Positions 1-14,004 of a stretch of DNA of 64,000 bases are shown here, piece by piece. The DNA lies in contig OX597827.1 in the NCBI GenBank assembly GCA_951406725.2, forward strand, positions 22,816,001 to 22,880,000, written 5' to 3'. Positions within the stretch are counted from its first letter, which is position 1. Each line of letters starts with the position of its first letter. This stretch comes from Octopus vulgaris. Lineage: Eukaryota. Both the position numbers and the translations under genes were made by a program. Under the pieces are notes generated by a model, which was given only the letters and a program-made list of their open reading frames with translations, was not told the DNA's origin and made no database searches.

Positions 1-288
1 TATTTGGGCCGGGTATGGCCAGTTTAAATGCTATAAAAAAGGTTGTGATTTTTATTATTGCTTCTGTTATAGCAATCTTGAGTTTTAGATTTTCTTAATT
101 TTCACTATTTTTTCATCCTATTTTGATCTGAATTCTGCTTTTTGCTTACTTGGACCTTAACTATCCTTCCCATTCTCTCGTCGATTCTATCAATATTGAT
201 CTGTTACATGATGCTCCTTATTTGTTCTTTTTTTTTTTTGTTTGTATTTGCTTAATTACAGGTGTTTTGACGCTAAATCGACGATTTG

Positions 289-468
289 CCGTATTTTAAC
301 GTGTATAAGGAACCCCCTAATTTTTTTCATGGGGGGGGGGGCTTAAAATTTGGAAAAATGGTTTTGTAAGGGATTATAATACTTACTGACCATGTATAAG
401 AAACTCCCATATTTTTTAACCTAACTTTTTGACAAAAAAAGGTTCCTTATACACGTTTTAAAATACGG
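289..468. mobile_element. MITE, Tc1/pogo-like non-autonomous DNA transposon
   Basis: Terminal inverted repeats ccgtattttaacgtgtataaggaac / gttccttatacacgttttaaaatacgg; flanked by TG and TA. Confidence 0.7.
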
Positions 469-1002
469 TAAGTACTAACTCTGTAAAGACGTTAAAAATG
501 CCTAATTTTCTGCTTTTCTCACTTCGTTATGTGACTTTAATCCTGTATCACAGTAGGATATTTAGGGTTTAATGTAAGACTGATTTACTGAGCCCGAAAC
601 ACACGTGTGTGTGTGTGATCTAGTTTAATGGCGATCCTATTAACAAGCGGTACTCACGACTCCGAGTTTGGTGTACAGCTAATCGTCAGATGTGTAGGTT
701 ATGGGTGAAATTTGAACTCTGCCCGAAGAGTCTTGGGCATCGTTTGTTAGCTGTGATCGTCATTAAACAATATTATACACCCTCACAATTTTCCTACAGT
801 TGTGAACTCCTTTTTTATTATTATTTTGTTTTATTCGCATACAATATGCCTAAGAACCACAACAAATCTTGCGCGCGTACATGTGTGTGTATGAATATGC
901 TTTTATATATGTTTATTTTCCTGAATATATGTAGTTATATGTGTCTATATATATATATATATATATTGTTTTTCATGCCTAATTATGTTTATCTGCATCT
1001 CC

Positions 1003-1054
<52 letters not shown>

Positions 1055-2211
1055 AATCCAATTCTCTGTTTATGTGTCATTACAATTCAAGGCAGACTTC
1101 CCATCCTTTATGTTGGTCCTTATGCTGCTAAAACATCGGGTTCTCATTGTAAAATTATATATTATGTGGGCTTAAGGAAATCCCTTAACTGCATCTCATT
1201 GGTTCATATTACAAAAAAAAATTGAGGGATATTGTCCAAGATAGTAGCAACTGCCATACTGTATATCTTTCAGTGACTCATTTGGTCCCTAATTCTCCCG
1301 CCCCCCTCTCTCTGTATGTCGAGTGTGTGTTGTGTACTGTATATTATTGGTGTGTTTCAAGTGTACTTTTTGCTATCCATAGTAACAATATAAAGAATAA
1401 GCTAAACTCAACCAAGGAAAATATTATCATTAGAAACCCCGCCAAACATGCTTATATCTGTTTTATAAATGCCCTGAAATGCATGACAGAAAGTGTTATA
1501 TTTTCTGTTAATGTGACAGAAAATGGTTTTGATCCCGCATAGCAATCTGTGTAGTTTTTTCTTTTCTCTCCCTGTCTTAGGGAGTGCATATGTGTTTTCG
1601 AGCGAGAAGACTGCATTTTTGAATCTCTGGTGCCACAATCCTTGCAATAATGATGTCTAGATTTCATTATCTCCTCAGAGACTTCCCTTAGACTTTTTGG
1701 TAGTCACATGGGGAGAGACGAAAAAATAAATCTCATTTTATGTTTAAATACTAAGAGTGAGAGTTTGCTGAAGTAATCTACTCCGACTATTTCAAAACCA
1801 TATTAAGTTCACCCACACATACAATATGTAGGTCTATTGACTGCGCAGTAAATGCTATTTAGTTATATATTCACCCTAGTCCAGTAAATATTTGATCTAA
1901 GATGTTCAGTTTGTGACTCTCCAATCCCGATTTCTTCCTTCAGACATAGCACATCTAAGATCACACATCCAATGCGTCCGTTCTATTTTAAGACTGTCGT
2001 GTGTATTTATTTCGAGAGATTTTGGTTGCTATTTCTAACTGCTCGAGCAACCGCTAGAGGCTTTCTTTGGTTAGTCAGCGAGCAGTGTTGAGATATGCAG
2101 CTACACGTGCTTGCTGCACACACACACACACACAACACAAACGTTTCGTTAGTAATTCTTAAAATTCAACATTGCTACAACGAAGACGGTGTGTATATGT
2201 GTGTGCAGGCA

Positions 2212-2243
<32 letters not shown>

Positions 2244-2902
2244 AACACACATACACAAAAAGAGTGAGAGATAATGTGTGTGAGTGTTTTGATTATTTAT
2301 AAAAATCATGTGCAGGTTTTATGTTGTTATCCACTCATAGAAAACAACATCAATGTAGGACAGTGTGTTATGTATGTGTTTTGTGTGTGTCCTTCACCTT
2401 TAATAGTGCAGCAGGGAGGGCGAACTGCTTGTCTTCCGATTGTAGAGTTAGCTTTTTTTTTTATTTTTATTCTTAATTCACTTCATATTATACACTCACC
2501 ATTTTACGCTGGTCTCTTTTTCGTTTTCCCTCACCACAAAACCCTTCTATCCAGCCCGTTTGTTATAAGAAAATGTGGAGAGGAGGGGGTGTACAGTTGC
2601 TCCCTTTCCCCCTCCTCCTTTTTCTCACTGCTACTACTATACTACCACTATCACAATGTCGCTGCTCCCTTCTGTTCAGTGTTTTAGAAACGGGTTCCCC
2701 TATTTCTACTTATGAGGGAGGGGGATGTGGTACTGTTCTGCTTTGGTGGTGGTAGTAGGCTCTGATTGAGCACTTGTAAATAATTTCCATCCATGACCGT
2801 TCCATACTATTTACAGTCATAATATATGTGTATACTGTGTATTCCTGTTTAAGGTAATGGATTTAACTGCTATTTCAAGCAAATTCAGCGACCATCTTGA
2901 AG

Positions 2903-3155
2903 CAGTGCTTCTCAACCATTTCCTTCTGCCTCTGGTCCCATTTCATCCCTATTTTACTCTCCCGAACCTCATTAGACATTCGATGTATTACAACAAAAAT
3001 CCTGCTGTATCTTTTAAATTAAATATTAGGAATTTTATAAAAATTTTAATATTTTGTCCATTTTTGAAGTATAGGCAATTTATTGCCCATAAATTTTAAC
3101 AAAATCTTACGTGGAGCCCCCAAGGGCCATATGGACCCCCGACTAAGAACCACTG
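2903..3155. mobile_element. hAT (Charlie-like) MITE
   Basis: TIRs cagtgcttctcaacc / gactaagaaccactg; related degenerate copy at ~15620-16200; TSD not clean. Confidence 0.55.
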
Positions 3156-3813
3156 CTTTAGAGGCCTCCCTGTTTGGTTCGTTAATGTTGGTGGTGGTGG
3201 TGGTGGTGGATGGCTACTGTATGTAGTGGAGGCGGCGGTGGTGTTGTAGTGATGGCTACCGCTACAGGATGTTATTAGTAAGACTCGTGTGCATTTGTTA
3301 TTAACCACATTGGAATCTGCCTCAACAACTATTATGTACAGACTCCACAATGTTAGCCTTTTTAGCTCCCTTTCTCAAATCACCTCATCTCTCTTTCTCT
3401 CTCTCTCTCTCAACACACACACAAACCTTGTGTCAACTGTGTGTGTATATATATTAAAAATGGGGAAAACCGGTTTATGGGATTACCTTAGGTTTCCCAT
3501 CCATAAAGGGTTTAGCAGTATGGTGTATCGCTAGATACTATACACAGTATATATATATATGAAACACGGAGTAGACGAAACGGAGGCGGCTGAAGAAGGG
3601 GAATTTTCCTTGTGTTGTATGTCCTGTACTCTGTATTTTCGTTGTTTAAAAAAATGTCCGTTTCCATGGTTGTTTTTATGTTTTCGTTTCTCATTGTGTT
3701 CGACGTTTTTTTTTGGTGTCCTGTACCCATATATGCCTGTATATATATACATATAGATGTAGGTACGTACATATATGTATGTATATATGCATATGTTTTA
3801 TTTATTATTTTGT

Positions 3814-3854
<41 letters not shown>

Positions 3855-4744
3855 TACATATATATATGTGTGTGTGTACATATATAGTTTATGTCCAGTT
3901 AAAGGAGGAAAATAGCTGGATATAAAACTATATGCTTAATATTTATTGTTTTAAGGGAATTTCATTCCGCAACAAGACTAGGGATTGAACCAGTATTTCC
4001 TTGCATGCAGCCATCCCTTCACGAGGTTAACATATCCTTGAATTGAATTAAATTTATGTTTTCGTAGTCAGTCTCCCTCTTCTCCTCTCCCACTATCTCC
4101 TTCCCATTCGCCCATACATCCATAGCCTTATCAACAGAGATCATATGTGATACTCCAGCCGTATTACATACTGTTTATATATTATTGGCTGCGATATTTT
4201 TTGCTCCATATGTTGTTTCAGTATGTCTGTTATGGAATTGAACCGAAATAAAAATGTGAAGGACGGGGGCGGGGCAGGGGGCGGGAGGAGGAGAAGGTCG
4301 AGGTGGTGGAACAGCCTAGGTTTGTACCGAGTTGACGAGAGGATTATCACGTGGTGTTGGCTGCTGCTGCTGCTGCTACCACCACCACTACTGCTGCTGC
4401 TGCTGATTGTAAACATCACCCCCACCACCATCGCCATTTTGTCATCCCTTTCCATTTCTCAACTCTTCCACCGTTGATCAAAACAAAACAATTTGCATAT
4501 CCCCAAAAAAAAAAAAGGAAAAATTATACACCCGCATGCTACACACACACACAAAACATCATTCACTGTACAAAGAAAGCTTCTGGGTGTTTGCATGACC
4601 TGCTAAAAATAGTGACAAATTTTCCTTAAAATGCTATTCTGCTTGTTGGCTGATCATAGGTTTTCACGATTAGGGCAGACCTGGAGCTAAGCGACAATTT
4701 CACATCAGGTACAAACACTAAGTGTATATATTTAGTGTGTGTAC

Positions 4745-4920
4745 AGGCGTGGGTGTGTGGTAAGAAGCTTGCTTCCCAACCACATAGTTCTGGGTTCAGA
4801 TCAACTGTGTGGCACTTTGGACTAGTGTCTTCTATAGCTTCAGGCCGAGTGTATCTGTATTTGTTCCCAACCACTGCTTGACAACTGGTATTGCTTTGTT
4901 TACATCCCTGTAACATATGT
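4745..4920 (+). mobile_element. tRNA-derived SINE family B, partial
   Basis: Head ggcgtgggtgtgtggtaagaagcttgcttcccaaccacatagttctgggttcag, shared with copies at 17350, 24410, 52660, 53985, 55635. Confidence 0.7.
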
Positions 4921-5069
4921 ATCAGGCCTTACAAAAAGAAAAAAAAAAGCACTGGGGTCAGTTCTTTAGACTAAAAATTCCCCCAGGCAGTGCTGTAGCA
5001 TGGCCACTGATATTTTGTCCAAGTGAACTTTTCAACTGCACAGTCATGCTTTTATCAATCCTGGAAGAA

Positions 5070-5335
5070 TCATCATCGTTTAACGTCCACTTTCCATGCT
5101 AGCATGGGTTGGACGGTTCGACCGGGGTCTGGGAAGCCAGGAGGCTGCACCAGGCCCAATCTGATCTGGCAGTGTTTCTACAGCTGGATGCCCTTCCTAA
5201 TGCCAACCACTCCGTGAGTGTAGTGGGTGCTTTTTACGTGCCAGGCGAGGCTGGCAACGGCCACGGTCAGTTGGTGCTTTTTACGTGTCACCGGCACGGA
5301 GGCCAGTCAAGGCAGCACTGGCAATGGTCATGTTC
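5070..5335 (-). mobile_element. RTE-LINE 3' end repeat (family C)
   Basis: (CAT)n then cgtttaacgtcc..ccatgctagcatgg..ggatgcccttcctaa; same tail follows the RTE ORF remnant at 25900-26970. Confidence 0.75.
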
Positions 5336-7638
5336 GGGACTGAGTACAAGTGCTATCAGGTTGTGCAGCAACACAGACACTCTCATTGACACACGATGAC
5401 TGTTCTGATTAGTGGTGAAATGAAGGGGGGGTGGCAGAATATAATAAAACCAACCAACCTGGCATTGTCGTTTGTGGCATCAGGTAAAAGTCAACTGGCC
5501 ACAGCAAGTGGATAGTTATTAAAATGTCTGTAACGAGACTAGTAGTGACCATGCACGTTCCACTTCATTGCTACAACACACATATTAATTAGTCAATCAC
5601 CACGAGAGCAAAAGGCTGTGGACCTACCTGAGTGTAACAAGACAGGAATAAATATGTGAATCATTCCAAACTGTGACCATTCTACATCTGATTTCACAGC
5701 AAGACTAGACCCAGAGAGATGTGATTCAGTAGATATTATCATCATCCGTTTTCCTATGCTTGCATGGTTTGGATGAGTTGTCCCCAACACAGCATTCTGA
5801 CATCGTCTTGCAGTCTTTTAAAGCTATGACTACAAGTATTCTATCCAGTGCACACTTTCTTTATTGAAGACAGTAGGAGTGATTCGAGGAAGATTTGGTT
5901 GCTATTTCTAGTGGGTCACACAACAATACAGAGGTTTATGGATTTCATAGTGTTAAATATAGTCCTGGGTGGAGGGGGATTGTGTCAAGACCTTTCAAGA
6001 AAATCTTCCCATACTGCTGAGCCCTATCTAGATCTTGTTGGTAAGGTTCAGCTTCAGATCAGCCTTACCAATTCACCCCTTTCTCTTCCATCGAATCCTC
6101 CAACATTAATCTCCTAGCATTTCTTCACCCACCTGTCATCTTCCATACGGATTATATGTCTGTAGCAGCCTAGTTCTTGCTCATACACTCTGCAGTTGAT
6201 TCCTCTTTTGGCCAGTTTTCTTCCCACTTCATTTTTGCCTCAAAGTTTGTGCATAGCACACATTCTATGGATCATGCTCACCACACTTTGCCCAGCCTTG
6301 AATCAGATGTAGTATGGAAGAGAGAAAACTGTGCTGCTCATGGAATGCATATGGATGAGAAGAGCTGTGTAAGGAAGTGCCAATGGCTATATGCAGATGG
6401 AAGTTTTGGAAATGAAGACCCAAAAATATGTGGAGCTAATTTCAAGATGTTGAGCCTCATGGAGATGATAATGGGGGACCAAGCTGATCTGATGATTCGT
6501 TGTATTCAAAAAGGTCTTTCACAGAGAACATGAAGGTCCTAAAAGCAGTGCTTATACAGTCATTTGGTCCTCCTGTCCTACCTCAATCTGCCCCTGTCAA
6601 GTTGTTCACCTCTCACCCTTATAACATCCATCTTGCCTCACTTCACTTTCCTTACCAAGGGCACTCTTTAGCTGCTATAATCATAGCAGAAAGTAGAATC
6701 TGTCCCCCCACCCCCGTGCTACCATTTACCTCTCCCTATTGCTGGAACCTCTTTCTTAAAAAAAAAAAAGAAAACCCTATCTTTCTCAAAATCATCCCCT
6801 CCCAACTTCTTTCCCACTAATCACCCCTTTCAGTGCTTCTGGTTATCTCTCCCTCTTTTCAGATTTACATCTTAGGGTTGCCATATCTTATCTTTAACAT
6901 CCTCTATCTTCTGCTGACAGCTTCCTCCTACCTTTGCGCCCTACTCACTATAGCTACCCCTACATACCTCTAACATGTTTCTCTCGCTGTGTATCTCCCT
7001 CTCTCTCTTCCTCTTCCCTATTTTCTGATCTACCTACAACTTACTGCTGCTCTCCAATCTTCCTGGCCTGCCTCATATCACCTCTTCCTATTTGAGTCAT
7101 TCCAATTTCTTTCACCTTCCACCTACAGATACTTAACATCAACCACATCTCCAGCCTCCTTCCTCATCCACTATATTCACCTGAACATCCATCTCTAAAC
7201 CATTTATCACTCTTCTCTCACACTCTAATCAACTCCTCCACCCACACTTTCCCCGATTCTTTATCCATCTTCTCTCTTATAATTCATGTTGTATCTTGAG
7301 AGTATGCTCGGACACACCATCACCACCATCATTGTCTTCCCAACTACTTCCACCCACCCCTACATAGTATGAGGTCGCAGGGCAACTGTCTAACTCTCAA
7401 CACCTTGCATAAAACCACCTCTCTCTCTCTCTTACAATCTTACTCGGTCAAGAGTCTTTTTCGTTGCTGTTGTACAAGTTAATCAGTGACCTCACTAGTG
7501 CTGGTGTCACATAAATAAGCAAAAGCAGTTGGTCTAAGGAAGGGCTCCAGCTATAGAAACCATGCCAGAGTAGACATAAGAGCTGACTAAAAGTTTGGTT
7601 CTATCAACCCATGCCAGCATGGCAGTCAAACATTAAAT

Positions 7639-8182
7639 AGCTGGCAGAAGCGTTAGCGCACCGGGCGAAATGCTTAGTGGTATTTCGTCTGCCGTTATGT
7701 TCTGAGTTCAAATTCTGCCGAGGTCGACTTTGCCTTTCATCCTTTTGGAGTCGATTAAATAAGTACCAGTTACGCACTGGGGTCGATATAATCGACTTAA
7801 TCCGTTTGTCCCCTCTGTGTGTAGCCCCTTGTGGGTAGTAAAGAAATAGGTATTTTGTTTGCCGCTATGTTCTGAGTTCAAATTCTGTCGAGGTCAACTT
7901 TGCCTTTCATCAGGTCGATATAGTAGACTTAATCCGTTTGTCTGTCCTTGTTTGTCCTCTGCGTGTTTAGCCCCTTGTGGATAGTAAAGAAATAGGTATT
8001 TCGTCTGCCCGTTACGTTCTGAGTTCAAATTCCACCGAGGTCGACTTTGCTTTTCATCCTTTCAGGGTCGATAAATTAAGTACCAGTCACGCACTGGGGT
8101 CGATGTAATTGACTGAATCCGTTTGTCTGTCCTTGTTTGTCCTCTCTGTGTTTAGCCCCTTGTGGGCAATAAAGAAATAGGT
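7639..8182 (+). mobile_element. SINE family A, head-to-tail trimer
   Basis: Three units of gttctgagttcaaattc..gactttgcctttcatcc..agccccttgtggg..aaagaaatagg. Confidence 0.8.
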
Positions 8183-8439
8183 ATAAATGATGTATAAAAC
8201 ACACTATATTCATTAGCCATGCACTAATATGCAAATGATATTTGTCTGACACAATTCTGTTTACATTTTAGTAAAGCAGGCTTTAACTAATTCATTTCAG
8301 CATGATGGAAGGGAGTTGTACCGATAGGGAAATCAGTGGCTTTGATCACCACTTTGACCTTGCTGCAAAGATCCCCGTCGATCTCATTTGACTCTGGTTC
8401 ACAACTCAGGGATATTATTCAAAATATCTGTGTTTGTAT

Positions 8440-8765
8440 TAAAACTTGGGACATTTTTTGTTTAAAACTGGCACTCTGTCAGTTTTGACAACGAAGATTC
8501 CAGTTGATCCAATCAATGGAACAGCCTGCTCATATAATTAACATGCAAACGGCTGAGCGCACCAGTCACATGAACACTTAAGGTAGTTCTCGAGGAGCTT
8601 CAGTGTGACAAGGCTGGCCCCCTGTGAATTACAGGTACAACTCATTTTTACCAGCTGAGTGGATTGGAGGCAATGTGAAATAAAGTGTCTTGCTCAAGGA
8701 CACAACATACCTCCACCAAGAATTGAACTCTCTTTACAATCATGAGCCAAATACCTTAACCACTC
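8440..8765 (-). mobile_element. Degenerate tRNA-derived SINE (another family)
   Basis: gtgtcttgctcaaggacacaac core with tRNA-like end; related copies at ~33110-33250 and ~49420-49700. Confidence 0.5.
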
Positions 8766-9039
8766 TAGGCCTGGAAATTTTTTGTTTGAGACAAGTGAAG
8801 AGAGGGAGAGGTGTTACATGTGACCCTATCTAGAGAAAGTGACTGATGACTACAGGACCTAGTTTCTGTGGAAATCTGTGTTTACAAGAAAAGTGTTATG
8901 GGGTTTGGACCAACTGATTGGAACAGTGGACTCGGCTAAAAGCATCCAGGGTTGTGGTGGTGTTCATGGTGTCTTATGCCGACATAATCCTTTCTACTAT
9001 AGGCACAAGGCCTGAAATTTCTTGGGGAGGGGGGGGCAA

Positions 9040-9205
9040 TCGATTAGATTGACCCCAGTATGCAACTGGTGCTTAATTTATCGACCCTGAAAGGATGAAA
9101 GGCAAAGTTGACTTCGGTAGAATTTGAACTCAGAACGTAGTGACGGCGAAATACTGCTAAGCATTTCGTCCAGTGTGCTAACAATTCTGCCAGCTTGCCA
9201 CCTTC
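9040..9205 (-). mobile_element. SINE family A
   Basis: Reverse complement of the family A consensus (ggatgaaaggcaaagttgac..gaatttgaactcagaac). Confidence 0.75.
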
Positions 9206-10214
9206 ATAATGGTATATCTTGGTACTGCAGGTATTTATCCTGTTATGAGTTGATCTATTCATAAATCAATAATCAATATGGTTAGTGATCAACACTTAGA
9301 TTTCATTGTTGTTCTTTAACCCTAGGTCAACCCCAATCAAGCTGAACTACAATGAAAAGGGATTCCAGTTGTGACCAACCTATCTTTTTAAGGCTATGAC
9401 TCCGAGTATTCTATCCAGTGCACACTTTTCTTATTGAAGACAATAGGAGTGATTCAAGGAAGATTTGGTTGCTATTTCTAGTGGGTCACACAACCATACA
9501 AAGGTTTATGGATTTCATAGTGTTAAGTATAGTCCTAGGTGGAGCGGGATAGTGTCAAGATCTTTCAAGAAAATCTTCCCATACAGCTGAGCCCTATCTA
9601 GATTCTGGGTTTGATGTGGCTGAAGTTTGGTTTCAATATGTGTAGACAGGGAATTCCAGTGGGATGTAATTTTGAGGAGGCAGGATTGATGAAAATGTGT
9701 GTCATGTCTGTGATAGTTTAATGAGAGAGAGATGCTATTACTGTATGGAGTGAAGAAATGTTTAATCTATCAAATGGAATATGGTACGAGATGTTGGTGT
9801 TGCAATGAAAGTGCTGTATCCTATTCTACCAGCATGACTGTTATAAGAGTCATAATCTGTTTTAGGTGAGTTCTGAGCAAACTTATAATCACAGGTATTC
9901 CATCTCACCTTTCTCAGGTGTTTATGTAATATCCTGTCTGCTCTTTCTTTAAAAATAGTTGAGAGTGGTTTGAAGATTTGGCTGTTATTTCTACTTGGTT
10001 AGTTTGCAATGTGTGTTATGTTGTGAGATGTGGTTGATGGCAACAGAATCGTTAATCTAGATGTCAGTCAGTGTTGTGACAAGCATTTCCAAAATAGAAA
10101 ACATTCTGAGGCCACTCTTCCTTTTCTGAAGAATCCTGTACAAATCTTTAACCCTTTAGCATTTAAATTGGTTATATATTTGGCTCAAGCATTCTGCCTG
10201 TTTTAGATTCTACA

Positions 10215-10775
10215 GTGTCATATGACATCAGAACAGTATTCAAGAGTAATACAACACTTTGCAAATATCTTCTTCGGGTAAAACCACCAAGAGAAGAGAA
10301 TATGACCAAAGACTGCGTGCACTCCATCCCATGCAGCTGTGGTAGGTTATACAAAGGCGAAACATGCCGCCCCCTCAAAATACGGGTAGAGGAACATCGC
10401 AAAGCTGTGACACGAAGAGATATTGATAAATCGGGTATAGCTGATCATGTATGGAAAAACGGAGACCACTTCCCCATGTGGGATTAAGTTAAAATAATAG
10501 ACAGAGAACACCACTGGAAAATACAAAAACTAAAAGAAGCAGCACATATGCTAGGACACAACAACTTCCTAAGCAGACCGAGTGCAGATATGAATAGCAT
10601 ATGGGAACCGGTATTAAGGAAGGATAGAAAAATATTCTCTCGATTTACCAAATATAACACACGAGGTGCTCTTTTGCTCTGCAGCAAGATTGAACTTAGA
10701 TCCAAGTGATTGTAAAGGAAACTGCTTAACTACCTGGACATACCTCTGAGTATGCCCAGGTAGTTAAGCAGTTTC
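10215..10775 (+). mobile_element. Penelope-like retroelement 3' fragment (GIY-YIG endonuclease)
   Basis: CVHSIPCSCGRLYKGETCRPLKIRVEEH..SGIADHVW..; continues past a stop as KIIDREHHWKIQKLKEAAHM; ends in a hairpin. Confidence 0.85.
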
Positions 10776-13142
10776 AATTATTGATTTTCTTTTTACCCCC
10801 CTCCTTTTTTTTTCCATTCTGGCATGGTTTTGAGGAAGATCCTTGGGGCAGTATTCTTGGGTCAGGTGCCCTTTTTGATGCCAAGCCTTACTTGTTTTTC
10901 ACGGAAGGTTTCCCCCCCCCCCATGCCAGCAGACGTTAAATGGCTGCTGGACATTTTATTTATGGTGAAAGGCTTCATTGTAGTTTCCCTCAACCAGTTT
11001 CATTAACAAGGCATTGGTTAGTTCATGGCTAGATCAGATGCTTACTTTAAGTGCCATACAATGAGATCGAACCTGAAGCCACATGGTTTTGAAGTAACCT
11101 CTTTACCTCAGAACCATGTCAGTGTATAGATGCATGCATGCACACACACACTCTACCTGGATAACAATAGTCACTTGCAGGTTATTACCTAAGAAAACAC
11201 ACTATTTGATGTTTTATTCCTTACATTCCAAGGTGAACTGGTCACCAAATTGCAGTCAAAGGTCATATACATGCCAACAGGGCAAAAACATGAAGCAAAA
11301 AAAAAAATTCCTATGTTAGTGTAGCTAAGGAGCAATGTTCATGTTTTTTTAGTAATGACCTCTGCTAAAGGCCTCGACAGTTGAGACAGGGCTGAGATCA
11401 CTGCTTTATTACACATATATGTGTACCTATGAAGGTTTTATTTGCAGAGTCTGGATGAAGGGGTGGGGGCAGTGTCCATGACCTATGTATATTCCACATC
11501 AACACCAGCAAAAATGACATAAGGAGAAAAAATTCCAGAGGGACAATATTTTGGGAAAGAAGGAGTGGGTATGATAGATGAAATACTTTGAAAACCTCCT
11601 CTTTATAAACATAACAATCTCTTGCCAGTCACCTCAATGCCACTCACTACCACTGTATCAACACCACTATATATATATATATATATATATATGCGCGCGC
11701 GCACACACACGACATTGTCAAGATGGCATCATGGAAACTCAGGTTTCCTGTTCTGTATGCATAAGAAAATACTTTAGTTGTGATCTGCCACTGGCTCCTC
11801 TATTAAATTAGAGAAGCTCATAGTGCAAAAATCCATCAATATAGCAATTCTCTTGTCAATATCTCCTGCGAATTCTAAAAAAAAAGTTACTTTGCTGTGG
11901 AGGTCTAGTAAGGCTGAAACGTGTCGGGAGTTGTCCATATTTGCCAAGATCAGATAAATTAATTTAGTTACTAGGCTAAATTTTCTTCACCGCTTAAATA
12001 GATTTTTTTTCCAGTGGTTACATTAAAAATAATGATGTTGTCTTCCCCGTGATGATAAAAAAAAAAAAGAACAAGAAAAAACCCCTATTCCACCGATAAT
12101 TAAACAACCAGTCTCTGTATCCCCCCCCTCTGCTACCACAACCAGTCTTACTACTCCTACCACGACGACGTCATTCCTGCTATTCGTCCTGTTACCAATC
12201 CTCAGTTTTCTCCGCCACCCTCGTTGTTGTTGTTGCTGCTGCTGCTACATCCCGTCCCTACTACTGCTACTACTCCCCCTTTACAAACCTTACCCTGTCA
12301 TTATCTTCAAAGCAAGCAACGACTCTGTCCACATTTCACTTCCATCCGTCGATCTGACAGATGTTCAAAGCTCTCTCTCTGCCCTACATCAAACTGGAAA
12401 GGTCACAGGGGACATTGCCCTCTTCATAAATAATAATAATTCCAGGTGTCAGCAGTCTTGCTCTCAATAAACCATCGTTATGTAAAGCTTCCAGCCCCTA
12501 AAAGGAGGAGGAGGAGGACTAATACTCTCTGCCCAGCCCCCTCCTCTCACTTCATCTTTCTTTTATAAAACGAAGCATGTTAGAACAAGGGCCTACGTGA
12601 TGTGGAGATGAGCAAACTTTGCTCTCCCCCCTCCTCCAATCACGTCAGTTTTGGGTGTGTGGTTGTTTAATTTATGTAAGAATACGTAAACGTATGTCGA
12701 CTGAGGAGAAACTTATACAGCACGTGGTGATGTTGTTAGTAGTGGTTCACTGCCTTCTAATTACATATTGAGATTGGTTCACTGCCTTGTCGCTGCATAA
12801 TGTGATGCTGTATATGGTGTTCAGCCCCAGGTTTTATCCTTGAGCTAACAAATTTATGATCAAAGGCGTTGTAACCATCATCCTATAGGGTTTGATTTGG
12901 AGTGACATTTGGTTGTTATTTCTTGTAGGTCGAGTAACTTGCCAGCGTGTTGTAGGTGGTAGTGTTAATGGTGGTCCACGACGCAATAAGTTGCATAGTG
13001 TATTGTGCTGTGGAGACCATACTACCTCCGCTGCTGGGAGTTCAGTTATTGTTACACCGCTGGCTGTTGTGGTGGTGGTGGCCCTCGGACAGGCAACAAT
13101 TACAATAATGTCGAGTTGAGGGTAAATGGTTGGTTGCAAAGC

Positions 13143-13438
13143 GCCGAGCTAGCAGAAACGTTAGCACGCAGGGCGAAATGCTTAGCGGTATTTCGTCTGC
13201 CGCTACGTTCTGAGTTCAAATTCCGCCGAGGTCGACTTTGCCTTTCATCCTTTCGGGGTCAATAATTTATGTACCAGTTACGCACTGGGGTCGATATAAT
13301 CGACTTAATCCGTGTGTCTGTCCTTGTTTGTCCTCTCTGTATTTACACACTAGGGTCGATGTAATCGACTTAATCCGTTTGTCTGTCCTTGTTTGTCCCC
13401 TCTGTATTTAGTCCCTCGTGGGCAATAAAGAAATAGGT
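13143..13438 (+). mobile_element. SINE family A, CpG-intact copy with internal duplication
   Basis: Near-consensus sequence; the ggggtcgat..cctctgtattta segment is duplicated. Confidence 0.8.
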
Positions 13439-14004
13439 AAATAGTCGGTTGTACTATTTCGCTTATAACCACCACCATCATCATCCTCATTTGTCACGCA
13501 ACTCATATATGACATCAGTGCTGTGAACAAACTTACCAATCAAAATTGCTCTTTTGCATTTCTCTCTCTCTCTCTCTCCACACGTGTTTGTGTGTATGTT
13601 TGTTTATTACGTGTGATCGGGAGGAGATGGTTTCTTTTCATACTCTCATCCACCATCACCGCCACGATCTGCTGCTCCGCTACTACTACCGCTGCTGCGA
13701 CTGCTGCTGGTGTTATTACAGCTTCTGCTAATTATTATTGAAAAATACCACCACGTGTGTGTGACTGTAGTTGTTAAATTTATGGGGGTCAAGTGTACCG
13801 TATAATATATGCGCACTCGCACGCATCTGAACGCATCTTTTTGTCGTCCGGAGAATCATCACAACGAGTAGCGATGGAGTGAATCATCAGCTTCGAGAAT
13901 GTGTGTGTGTTTGTGTGTAATATTACCATTTCACTAACTCATCTGTTTACAGTGTTGTGATGTGCAGTGAGTGATATTCTGTCTGTAGGGTAGTCGTTAT
14001 AATG

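Noticed and set aside
690-4629. Many ORFs rich in YI, CV, HT or poly-L
   Set aside because: Translations of (TA)n, (CA)n and triplet microsatellites with no protein motifs. The same applies to similar ORFs throughout the window.
11890-11932. Hammerhead-like ctgtgga..gaaacgtgtc motif
   Set aside because: The core deviates and helix I does not pair convincingly; at best a decayed copy.
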